DNA of 19,067 nt from a bacterium (GTDB lineage: Bacteria > Hydrothermota > 32-111): NCBI GenBank assembly GCA_050239825.1, contig JBFXGO010000041.1, positions 1 to 19,067 of the forward strand. The letters are read 5' to 3'. The notes beneath the pieces were generated by a model that had not been told where the DNA came from, made no database searches, and saw only the letters and a program-made list of their open reading frames with translations. Position numbers and translations under genes: made by a program. Below, piece after piece: positions 8,100-16,280 of the stretch (its first letter is position 1; each line of letters starts with the position of its first letter).

Positions 8100-8188
8100 T
8101 GATAGACCCTTCACTATAGTCATAACCATAGAGGCGTTCAGGGTGACACGGCTGAGTCATAGCTACTGAATAGTTCAGGGTGACACGG
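8100..8188. repeat. 49-bp REP-like element copy 2, plus a tandem partial copy 3
   Basis: TGATAGACCCTTCA-N23-TTCAGGGTGACA (8100-8148); gttcagggtgacacgg occurs twice (8136-8151 and 8173-8188). Confidence 0.8.
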
Positions 8189-8265
8189 TTGAGTAGGATT
8201 TTGTTTTTTAAGACTCGTGTGTGAGCCGACGCTACGCCAGCATGCAGCCAGCAAACTCAAAGCAT

Positions 8266-8294
8266 AAAAAAGGGCGGGTTTAAGCCCGCCCTTT
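8266..8294 (-). terminator. Rho-independent terminator of the hydrogenase operon (possibly bidirectional)
   Basis: AAAGGGCGGG-tttaag-CCCGCCCTTT stem, followed on the minus strand by TTTTTT, about 20 nt after the hydA stop. Confidence 0.9.
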
Positions 8295-8314
8295 ATCTGC
8301 TTATGTTTTTTTAA

Positions 8315-10117
8315 TCAGACAAGGTCTGATCTGTCAACATACTTTGTATGAAGAAGTTTGTGCGCCTTGTGTGAATTCGGCTCGCCGAGATAATCCTTGT
8401 AAATTTTCTGCACCATCGGATTATTGTGTGAAGCGCGCACCTTGAGCATTTCTTTGTCTTCCTTATAGAGTCCTTCCGCCCTTCTTGCTCTTGCCGCATA
8501 TTCGCACGCATAAGGCTGTCCGCCGCCGCCGACGCAGCCGCCGGGGCAAGCCATTATCTCTATGAAGTGGTACTCTGACTGTCCTTTCTCCTTAAGCTGT
8601 TCCGCAACTTTCGTCAGAAGCTTTCTTGCATTTGAGAGTCCGTGGGCAACTGCCACTTTAGCAGGAAGAACCTTCATTCCGAGAGCCTTTGCATTTGCTT
8701 CGCTTAAGGGCACTTCAACGACACCCTCCTTAATTCCGTCCATTCCTCTCACAAGCTTTATGTCATAGTTTTCCATCTCTTTTCCGGATAGAACGAACCA
8801 TGCTGTTCTGAGCGCCGCTTCCATAACTCCGCCTGTTGCTCCGAAAATTGTTGCCGCTCCCGTGTAGAATCCCATGAGTTCATCGGCCTCTTCTTCAGGA
8901 AGATTCTTAAAGTCGATTCCGGACTGACGGATCATCTTTGCGAATTCTCTAGTTGTAAGAACATAATCAACATCCTGATAACCGCTTGAATTCATCTCCG
9001 GACGAGCCGCTTCAAATTTCTTTGCAGTGCACGGCATTATTGATACCGATACTATATTCTTCGGATCAATCTTTTCTGTTTCAGCATAGTATGTCTTGGC
9101 GAGAGCGCCGAACATCTGCTGGGGAGATTTAGCTGTTGAGATATGCTCTCTCAGATTGGGGAAGAATGTCTCCATGAATTTTATCCATCCGGGAGAACAA
9201 GATGTAATAACCGGCAGGTTCTTTCCTACTTCGCCCGTAGAGAGCGCTTTTGCTATCTTTCCCACAACCTCTGTTCCCTCTTCCATGATGGTAAGGTCTG
9301 CGGAGAAGTTTGTGTCAAAGACCCTGTCAAATCCCATCCTTCTTAAAGCTGTGTGCATCCTTCCGGATGAGACAGTTCCCTCTGTCATGCCGAAATCTTC
9401 TCCTATTGCAACTCTGACTGCAGGGGCTTCCTGAACTACAACATGCTTTGTCGGGTCATTTATCGCCGCCCACACTTCATTTATTGAACTCTTTTCATAG
9501 AGAGCTCCGACCGGACAGACTGCGACGCACTGTCCGCAGTTTGTGCATGTAGAATCATTGAGAGGCATATCCATGAATGTCGACATCTTTGTATCATAAC
9601 CCCTGTTTATAAAGTCAATCGCATAAACTGTCTGAATGTTCTGGCATGCCTGTATGCACCTTCCGCAGAGTATGCACTTGTTGGGGTCGCGTATTATAAC
9701 TCCTTTATCATCAATAGGCATATCCCTGTCAAATCTCTTGAACGGAAGCTCTGTAACTCCAAGCTGTTCAGCCATTGTCTGCAGTTCGCAGTTTTGATTT
9801 CTGTAGCACTGAAGGCAATCGTTCGGATGATTTGAAAGAATAAGCTCCATGACCGTCTTTCTTGCATCAAGAACCTGTTTTGTATTTGTGCGCACTTTCA
9901 TTTTATCTGCCGCGGGAGTGCAGCAAGACCTTTTCAATGTGCCTACGCCTTCAACTTCAACAACGCAGATTCCGCAATTTCCCGTCGGAGTCAAATCTTT
10001 GTAGTAGCAGAGAGTGGGAATCTCGACATTGACTTTTTTGGCCGCATCAAGTATGGTCACCCCTTCAGGCACCTTTACTTCTATCCCGTCAATATAAAGT
10101 GTCAATTCCTTTATCAT
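8315..10117 (-). CDS. hydA: [FeFe]-hydrogenase catalytic subunit, group A multimeric type (HydA/HndD)
   Basis: N-terminal [2Fe-2S], His-ligated cluster (HPNDCLQC...C), two [4Fe-4S] motifs (CILCGRC, CTNCGQC); H-cluster motifs TSCSPGW, MPCTAKKFE and EIMACPGGCVGGGGQP; small-subunit tail AHKLLHTKY. Confidence 0.97.
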   Translation of the reverse strand: MIKELTLYIDGIEVKVPEGVTILDAAKKVNVEIPTLCYYKDLTPTGNCGICVVEVEGVGTLKRSCCTPAADKMKVRTNTKQVLDARKTVMELILSNHPNDCLQCYRNQNCELQTMAEQLGVTELPFKRFDRDMPIDDKGVIIRDPNKCILCGRCIQACQNIQTVYAIDFINRGYDTKMSTFMDMPLNDSTCTNCGQCVAVCPVGALYEKSSINEVWAAINDPTKHVVVQEAPAVRVAIGEDFGMTEGTVSSGRMHTALRRMGFDRVFDTNFSADLTIMEEGTEVVGKIAKALSTGEVGKNLPVITSCSPGWIKFMETFFPNLREHISTAKSPQQMFGALAKTYYAETEKIDPKNIVSVSIMPCTAKKFEAARPEMNSSGYQDVDYVLTTREFAKMIRQSGIDFKNLPEEEADELMGFYTGAATIFGATGGVMEAALRTAWFVLSGKEMENYDIKLVRGMDGIKEGVVEVPLSEANAKALGMKVLPAKVAVAHGLSNARKLLTKVAEQLKEKGQSEYHFIEIMACPGGCVGGGGQPYACEYAARARRAEGLYKEDKEMLKVRASHNNPMVQKIYKDYLGEPNSHKAHKLLHTKYVDRSDLV

Positions 10118-10128
10118 TGGTCTTCTCC

Positions 10129-11703
10129 TTATTTATTAATATTTTTTTTCATGTCTTCTTCAAGATACTTGCTGAAACTGCTTATTGGAATATACGGCGA
10201 CTGCCCCAGAGGACAGAAGGATGTGAGCTTCATAGTTAACGAGAGATCTTTCATTGTCTCCCAGTCAGCCTCTGTGGCTCTTCCCTTCATAATATCCTTT
10301 GAAATCAGTTCAAGCCGCTTTGTTCCTATCCTGCAAGGCGAACACTTTCCGCAAGATTCATGTTTGAAGAATTCAAGAATGGAATTGAGTGTCTCTACGG
10401 GGTCCCTGTCCTCCGACATCACAAGCACTGCTCCTGAACCCAGTACTGCCGCCCACTCTCCAAGAGAGTCAAAGTCCATCTTCACATCAAGACCCTTCTC
10501 GGAAATGAATGCTCCAGCCGCTCCGCCTATGAGAGCCGCTTTGAATTTCTTTCCTTCTTTTATTCCGCCGCCGAATTTATACACTACATCTTTAAGAGTT
10601 GTTCCCATTTCAACTTCTATGAGACCGGGATAGAGAATATCTCCCATCAAAGTGAATACCTTTGTTCCGGGGCATTTTTCAGTGCCGAGTTTCTTGTACC
10701 AATCCGCTCCATTGACCATTATTGCAGGCACATTTGCAAGTGTCTCCACATTGTTGACAACAGAGGGATTCATCCTGAAACCCTTTACTCCCGGGAAAGG
10801 AGGCTTATTTCTCGGATTGCCGCGTTTTCCTTCCATCGACTCTATCAGAGAGGTCTCCTCTCCGCATACATAAGCTCCGGCTCCCTTTCTCACTTCAATG
10901 TCAAATGAGAATGAACTCTCGAGTATGTTTTTCCCGAGAAGGTTGTTCTTTTTCGCTGTCTCTATTGCTTTGTTCACCTTCTCTATTGAGAGAGCATATT
11001 CTCCTCTTATGTATATGAATCCCTTTGAAGCGCCTATAGCATAACCCGCAATTGTCATTCCCTCAATAAGTCTGAATGGAACTCCTTCCATAATGAGTCT
11101 GTCCTTGAATGTTCCCGGCTCTCCTTCGTCGGCATTGCATATTATATATTTCTCTCCGGCAAGCGGCGCCGTGAATGACCATTTGAGTCCTGTGGGAAAT
11201 CCTGCGCCTCCGCGCCCTCTCAGTCCGGATTTCTTTACTGCATCAACGACATCCTGCGGCTTCATTTCAAACAAAGCCTTGCCCAGTCCTTCGTATCCGC
11301 CTATACCTATGTACTCTTCTATTGATTCGGGATCAATCTCACCCGAACCTTTAAGCACAACTCTATTTTGTTTCGGCAATTCCATCTGTACAGAGGCTCC
11401 GGAAACTCTCTCTCCGGAGAAGACAAGGTCTTTTACAATTCTTCCCTTTATTATGTGTTCACTCATTATTTTTGTCACATCGTCAGCCTTCACATTGACA
11501 TATATGACTCCCTCGGGATAGACAATGACGACCACGCCTTTATTTGAAATACCCAGATTTCCTGTCTCAGCAACCATCACTTCATTTGAAAGTTTTGCGT
11601 TGTCAACCTCTTTCTTGAATTTTTCAAAGATCCCCTTTGCGCCTGAAAGCAGAGTCTCAGGGTCAATGGAGACAAGAATATGTGTTCTGTATATCTTAGC
11701 CAT
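10129..11703 (-). CDS. NuoF/HydB-like NAD(H)/FMN-binding subunit 2 (non-bifurcating signatures)
   Basis: GLRGRGGAGFPTG, NADEGEPGTFKDR, GAYVCGEET and ESCGKCSPCRIG...C; N-terminal thioredoxin-like domain without Cys. Confidence 0.93.
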   Translation of the reverse strand: MAKIYRTHILVSIDPETLLSGAKGIFEKFKKEVDNAKLSNEVMVAETGNLGISNKGVVVIVYPEGVIYVNVKADDVTKIMSEHIIKGRIVKDLVFSGERVSGASVQMELPKQNRVVLKGSGEIDPESIEEYIGIGGYEGLGKALFEMKPQDVVDAVKKSGLRGRGGAGFPTGLKWSFTAPLAGEKYIICNADEGEPGTFKDRLIMEGVPFRLIEGMTIAGYAIGASKGFIYIRGEYALSIEKVNKAIETAKKNNLLGKNILESSFSFDIEVRKGAGAYVCGEETSLIESMEGKRGNPRNKPPFPGVKGFRMNPSVVNNVETLANVPAIMVNGADWYKKLGTEKCPGTKVFTLMGDILYPGLIEVEMGTTLKDVVYKFGGGIKEGKKFKAALIGGAAGAFISEKGLDVKMDFDSLGEWAAVLGSGAVLVMSEDRDPVETLNSILEFFKHESCGKCSPCRIGTKRLELISKDIMKGRATEADWETMKDLSLTMKLTSFCPLGQSPYIPISSFSKYLEEDMKKNINK

Positions 11704-12160
11704 TGTTATTCTCCCTGTATTTTTTAATTATTTCGTCAATCTTCTCAGGCGTCAGATTTCCGTAGACTTCTTCGTCTATCATCATTGCCGGAGCCACAGC
11801 GCAGACTCCGAGGCATGCGGCGCTCTCAAGTGTGAACATCTTGTCTTCAGTGGTCTGACCGTCCTTCACTCCAAGAGCTTTTTTCAGATAACCCATTATC
11901 GTATCGCTTCCCATCATCTGGCACGGAGGCGAAACGCACACGCGCACAACATGACGGCCACGCTCTTTGACGGAGAACATGGTATAGAAGGTTACAACAC
12001 CCATCACTTCGGACCTGCTCATGTTCAAATGCTTTGAAACTGCTTTGAGGTCCTCTTCTGTCAGGTACTTGCCTTCATTCGCATCCTGTATGTCATGCAG
12101 GATGTAAAGAAGATTTTCCCGCGTCGGCTGGTACTTTTTAAGTATCTGCTCTCTTGCCAT
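11696..12160 (-). CDS. NuoE/HydC-like [2Fe-2S] subunit 2
   Basis: GVVTFYTMF and CVSPPC...CLGVCAVAPAM; GGAGG RBS. Confidence 0.93.
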   Translation of the reverse strand: MAREQILKKYQPTRENLLYILHDIQDANEGKYLTEEDLKAVSKHLNMSRSEVMGVVTFYTMFSVKERGRHVVRVCVSPPCQMMGSDTIMGYLKKALGVKDGQTTEDKMFTLESAACLGVCAVAPAMMIDEEVYGNLTPEKIDEIIKKYRENNNG

Positions 12161-12186
12161 AAAACCTCCGTATTATATTTTATTTT

Positions 12187-13809
12187 CTACTTTTTCTTTC
12201 TGAAGCAGACATTTGCTCTGCACTTCTTTTCTCTTATATGCTCATAGTACTCTTCTTTGAAATATCTGAGGGTGGAGAGCACTGGATTGGGAGCTGTTTG
12301 TCCCAGACCGCAAAGAGCTGTTTTGCATATCTGCTCTCCAAGATTAATCAGAAGGTCTATTTCGCTCTCATCGGCTTTTCCCTTTGAAATTCTTTCAAGT
12401 ATTTCAAGCATCTTTTTGGTGCCTATTCTGCATGAGGGGCACTTTCCGCATGATTCATCCTGGGTGAAATCAAGAAAATACTTTGCAAGATCTACCATGC
12501 AGGTGTCCTGACTCATGACAATAAGACCGCCTGAGCCGATTATTGTTCCAAGCTTCTTCACACTCTCATAATCAAGAGGCGTGTCTATGTAATCTGCAGG
12601 TATGCATCCTCCGGAAGGGCCGCCCATCTGTGCGGCTTTGAAAAATTTTCCTTCAGGCATTCCTCCGCCTATTTCATAGATGATTTCGCGGAGTGTTGTC
12701 CCCATGGGAACTTCCACAAGTCCGGTGTTGTTTATTTCTCCGGCCAGCGCAAAGACTTTTGTTCCCTTGCTCTTCTCTGTTCCAATTGACGAGAACCATT
12801 TGCTGCCTTTCAGAATTATCTGGCAGATGTTTGCATATGTCTCTACATTATTTATGAGAGTCGGTTTATCCCAAAGCCCTTTATCCGCCGGGAAAGGGGG
12901 CTTCGTAGAGGGTGTTCCGCGTTTTCCCTCAACCGAGTGCATAAGCGCTGTCTCTTCTCCGCACACGAATGCTCCGGCTCCGACTCTTATTTCAAGGTCA
13001 AAACTGAAATTTTTATCAAAGATATTCTTTCCGAGAAGATTCTCTTTATATGCCATATCAATTGCTTTTTTCAAACGCTTTATTGCCAGCGGATATTCTG
13101 CTCTAACATATACATACCCTTTATCGGATCCGACAGCATAACCTGCAATCGTCATTGCTTCTATTATTGAGAACGGGTCCCCTTCAAGCACAGACCTGTC
13201 CATAAAGGCGCCAGGGTCTCCCTCGTCAGCATTGCATATGACGAATTTTTTATCTGATTTGGCGTTTTTTACAAACTCCCACTTGAGTCCCGTCGGGAAA
13301 CCGGCTCCGCCTCGTCCGCGCAGGCCTGAATCTTTAATCTCCTTTACGACATCCTCCGGTTTCATTTCTGTCAGAACCTTTGAAAGAGCCGAATAACCGT
13401 CCTTTCCTATGTACTCTTCAAGAGATTCCGGGTCTATCACTCCGGTATTCCTGAGCACAATCTTCAACTGCTTTGAAAAGAAAGGCATCTCTGCCGCCTT
13501 CTCTATCAGTTTATCAGCCTGAGAATCTTTGTACATGAGCCTCGAAACCGTTCTTCCTTTTTCAAAATGCTCGGAGACAATCTCCGCGGCATCCTCCGGT
13601 TTCAGTTTTTTATAGAAGACTCCATCGGGATATACAATCGCGACAGGACCAAGCTCGCATATTCCTACACAGCCTGTCTCAACTATCTTGACAGTATCCT
13701 GAAGATTTTTCTTCTTAAGCTCTTCAATCAGCTTGTCTCTAAAAGAGTAACCGCCGCTTGAAATGCAGGAGGCTCCCGAGCAGAGCAGTACACTGTAGAC
13801 TTTTGTCAT
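12187..13809 (-). CDS. hydB: NuoF/HydB (HndC)-like subunit 1 (bifurcating signatures, C-terminally short)
   Basis: N-terminal CSGASC...GCVGIC; NADEGDPGAFMDRS, GAFVCGEET, GGPSGGC and ESCGKCPSCRIG; ends EHIREKKCRANVCFRKKK. Confidence 0.93.
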   Translation of the reverse strand: MTKVYSVLLCSGASCISSGGYSFRDKLIEELKKKNLQDTVKIVETGCVGICELGPVAIVYPDGVFYKKLKPEDAAEIVSEHFEKGRTVSRLMYKDSQADKLIEKAAEMPFFSKQLKIVLRNTGVIDPESLEEYIGKDGYSALSKVLTEMKPEDVVKEIKDSGLRGRGGAGFPTGLKWEFVKNAKSDKKFVICNADEGDPGAFMDRSVLEGDPFSIIEAMTIAGYAVGSDKGYVYVRAEYPLAIKRLKKAIDMAYKENLLGKNIFDKNFSFDLEIRVGAGAFVCGEETALMHSVEGKRGTPSTKPPFPADKGLWDKPTLINNVETYANICQIILKGSKWFSSIGTEKSKGTKVFALAGEINNTGLVEVPMGTTLREIIYEIGGGMPEGKFFKAAQMGGPSGGCIPADYIDTPLDYESVKKLGTIIGSGGLIVMSQDTCMVDLAKYFLDFTQDESCGKCPSCRIGTKKMLEILERISKGKADESEIDLLINLGEQICKTALCGLGQTAPNPVLSTLRYFKEEYYEHIREKKCRANVCFRKKK

Positions 13810-13819
13810 TATGCCTCCA

Positions 13820-14179
13820 TTACTTTGCTGATATTACCAATTCAGTAACCGTGCTTCCGTTTACAAAATGCTCTGCGACTATTCTTCTGGTCTTTTCCGG
13901 AGTAAGGTTGCCGTATGTAACCATCTGTTTTCCGTCTTCATAGACATCTATTATCGGCTCCACATCGCAGAGGCCTCTGCATCCGGACTGTGTCACCACA
14001 ATGTCTGTGAGATTTCTTTTGCTTATCTCATCCATGAGAGCGGACAGAACATCTCTTGCTCCAGCGGCTATTCCGCATGTTCCCATTCCCACAACCGCCT
14101 TTATTCTTCCCTTACCCTCTCTCAAGTTTGCTGATTTTTCCATCTTTTCCCTGATCTTTTTGAGATCTTCGAGTTTCAT
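13820..14179 (-). CDS. Thioredoxin-like [2Fe-2S] ferredoxin subunit (HndB/HydD-like)
   Basis: VGMGTCGIAAGA and SGCRGLCDVEP, typical of HndB; position before hydB. Confidence 0.9.
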   Translation of the reverse strand: MKLEDLKKIREKMEKSANLREGKGRIKAVVGMGTCGIAAGARDVLSALMDEISKRNLTDIVVTQSGCRGLCDVEPIIDVYEDGKQMVTYGNLTPEKTRRIVAEHFVNGSTVTELVISAK

Positions 14180-14727
14180 AATGCCTCCTGATTTTTTATT
14201 ATATTTTCTTGTTCTCTTATATAATCTCTTACTATCATTGATAATTCCGGCTTGTTCAGGTTATCGCTTCCGACTGCATCTTTGATTTCCGAACTGTCAA
14301 TCACCGTTTCTTTCCCTTTTGCTCTGTGAGAGAAAATGAAATCGCATGTATCGTACATTGTCATGAGTATCCACACAGTCTCTGCAATATCGCCCAAAGG
14401 GAGCGCATCTACATGGCTCGTGTTCACCGTCCATCTTACTGTAGTTCCCTCTCCGGGTTTTGATTCTATCTTGAATTTTCCGTCGCACAGCTCGACATTC
14501 TGTTTCAGCAGAGGAAGCCCGAGACCTATCTTCTTCTTTCTCTCCGTCTTGGTTGTATAAAAAGGATTGAGAGCATTTTTTATCGTCTCTTCATCCATAC
14601 CCCTGCCATTGTCCCGTATCATAAAAGAGGAAATATTTCCCTCATCAATGAGGATCTCCACCTTTGTTGCTTCAGCTCTCACGCTGTTTTCCGCAATATC
14701 AAGTATGTGCAGAGACATATCACGCAT
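14176..14727 (-). CDS. Stand-alone HATPase_c (histidine-kinase-like ATPase) protein
   Basis: N box (LDIAENS), G1 (DNGRGM), F box (PFYTTK), G2 (GLGLPL) and SKPGEGT; no separate sensor or dimerisation domain. Confidence 0.88.
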   Translation of the reverse strand: MRDMSLHILDIAENSVRAEATKVEILIDEGNISSFMIRDNGRGMDEETIKNALNPFYTTKTERKKKIGLGLPLLKQNVELCDGKFKIESKPGEGTTVRWTVNTSHVDALPLGDIAETVWILMTMYDTCDFIFSHRAKGKETVIDSSEIKDAVGSDNLNKPELSMIVRDYIREQENIIKNQEAL

Positions 14728-15226
14728 TTACCTTTTCGCCCGCCTCTTTTTCTTTATATTCGTTTATTATTTCTCTCACCTTTTCCTCTGTGAGCTTTCC
14801 ATAAACATCTTCATCAATCATCATCACCGGCGCAAGTCCGCACGCTCCAAGACATCTTGCACCCTGTATTTTGAAAAGACCGTCTTCAGTGGTCTGTTCA
14901 ATCTCCACTTTGAGCTCTTTTTTCAATGCGCTGAGTATTCTGTCAGCTCCCTTGACGTAGCATGCCGTGCCTAAACAAAGTTTGATAGTGTGTTTGCTGG
15001 GCGGTTGAAGCGTAAAAAAGTGGTAGAATGTTATCACTCCGTATATCACGCTTCTGTAAACCTCAAGCTCCTTTGAAATCAGGCTTATTGCCTCCTGAGG
15101 AATATATCCGAAGAGCTCCTGAGTCCTGTGAAGAACCTCTATAAGGTCATCCTGTCCTTTTTTATGCTTCTTCACCTCTTCAGAAAGCAGTTTCAGATTT
15201 TCTTCCCTGCTTCTCTTGTCGTTCAT
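14720..15226 (-). CDS. hydC: NuoE/HydC (HndA)-like [2Fe-2S] subunit 1
   Basis: CLGTACYVKG...CLGACGLAPVM. Start reassigned to ATG 15226 (AAGGAGG RBS, TAATG overlap with the PHP gene stop). Confidence 0.92.
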   Translation of the reverse strand: MNDKRSREENLKLLSEEVKKHKKGQDDLIEVLHRTQELFGYIPQEAISLISKELEVYRSVIYGVITFYHFFTLQPPSKHTIKLCLGTACYVKGADRILSALKKELKVEIEQTTEDGLFKIQGARCLGACGLAPVMMIDEDVYGKLTEEKVREIINEYKEKEAGEKVNA

Positions 15227-15954
15227 TAAAAGCCTCCTTTGTGGCATTCAATTAATCTTTTTTCCAATGCTTCCTTGAATATTTCAAACCCCGCACCTTC
15301 ATGGCACTTATCCATTGAAAATGAGGAGTATCTTCTTCCAATTTCATCTACATAATGCGCATCAGATGAGCAGATAACCGGATATTTGTCCGAATACGGC
15401 TTTAATGATGAATAGACCTCTATTCCGTCAAATAAGGTTTCCTCGGGAAGAAATCCCAGCTGAGAAACAACAGAGAATGCCTTCCTGTCAACATGGGAGG
15501 CAAGCGCAAGACCTTTGAATCTGTGTATCAACTCAACCGCGCCGTCAAGGCTAAGGGTGCTTGATACACCCAGGAACCTCTCCTCTTCTCTGACAACTTC
15601 ATCATTTTTATCAATGACTATCTGAGACCCCATGCTTTCAGTATCGCATTTTATAAATGGAAGGGTCTTCTCAAACTCCGCATAAAATTCAGATATTTGC
15701 TGGAAATCCTTAAAGTATCCGAGAATATGAACCTCTTCTCTTGTCTGAATCTCTATGCCGCTTATCACCTCAATGCCCATTATGTGACATGCTTCAACCA
15801 CTGCAGGAATGTTGGCAATAGCATTATGGTCTGTGACTGCTATAATATCAAGATGCATATGTTTTGCCATCTTTGCAATAGCGGCTGAGGACATTGACCA
15901 ATCGCCGCACGGCGACAGACATGTGTGAATGTGAAGGTCTAGCCTGTGTTTCAT
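15226..15954 (-). CDS. PHP-domain phosphoesterase
   Basis: DLHIHT, VTDHN, GIEI, EVHILG and SSDAH metal-binding motifs. Confidence 0.92.
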   Translation of the reverse strand: MKHRLDLHIHTCLSPCGDWSMSSAAIAKMAKHMHLDIIAVTDHNAIANIPAVVEACHIMGIEVISGIEIQTREEVHILGYFKDFQQISEFYAEFEKTLPFIKCDTESMGSQIVIDKNDEVVREEERFLGVSSTLSLDGAVELIHRFKGLALASHVDRKAFSVVSQLGFLPEETLFDGIEVYSSLKPYSDKYPVICSSDAHYVDEIGRRYSSFSMDKCHEGAGFEIFKEALEKRLIECHKGGF

Positions 15955-16280
15955 TATTTAATGCCTGATTCGTACAGCATTCCTGCAATTTCAAAGGTTC
16001 CTTTCTCTGTTTTTAAAATAGGAATATTCTCTCTAACTGCGGCCTCGACAGTATCATCATCCGCGGTGAACCCGTCGCAAATAATTATGGCTGATATATC
16101 AGCCATCTTCGCCACTGCGACGATATTCTTATGTGTCTGAACGGTTAGCCACACAGACTGCGGCTTCACCCTTCCCATTACAACAGAGAGAAGGTCTGAC
16201 GCATATCCGTTGACAACTTCATTGTCTCCCTGCACGGTATATTCAAGGCCAAATTTATCTTTCATCTGGGAAACTCTCAT
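15954..16280 (-). CDS. DRTGG-domain protein
   Basis: GYASDLLSVVM...VWLTVQTHKNIVAVA pattern of hydrogenase-associated DRTGG proteins. Confidence 0.82.
   Translation of the reverse strand: MRVSQMKDKFGLEYTVQGDNEVVNGYASDLLSVVMGRVKPQSVWLTVQTHKNIVAVAKMADISAIIICDGFTADDDTVEAAVRENIPILKTEKGTFEIAGMLYESGIK

Larger units (their letters stand above)
7643..8258. repeat. Three dispersed copies of a repeat of about 40 bp (at about 7643, 8029 and 8218)
   Basis: tgtgcgagccgacgctacgctccctgctgccagcaaa / tgtgcgaatgagcgctatgcccgccagcagccaccaa / tgtgtgagccgacgctacgccagcatgcagccagcaaa. Confidence 0.8.

Noticed and set aside
7643..8258. CRISPR array interpretation of the three repeats
   Set aside because: Spacings of 189-386 nt are far too long and uneven, the repeats are divergent, and no cas genes are present.
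8311..8511. 66-aa minus-strand ORF, and Sec readthrough of the hydA TGA
   Set aside because: The ORF overlaps hydA out of frame. HydA is complete at the TGA, the nearby hairpin 8314-8330 overlaps the stop rather than following it as a SECIS would, and a terminator follows.
14297..14488. 63-aa minus-strand ORF
   Set aside because: It is nested out of frame within the HATPase gene.
10129..15226. Respiratory complex I (nuo) operon
   Set aside because: There are no membrane nuo subunits, and the partner gene has H-cluster motifs.
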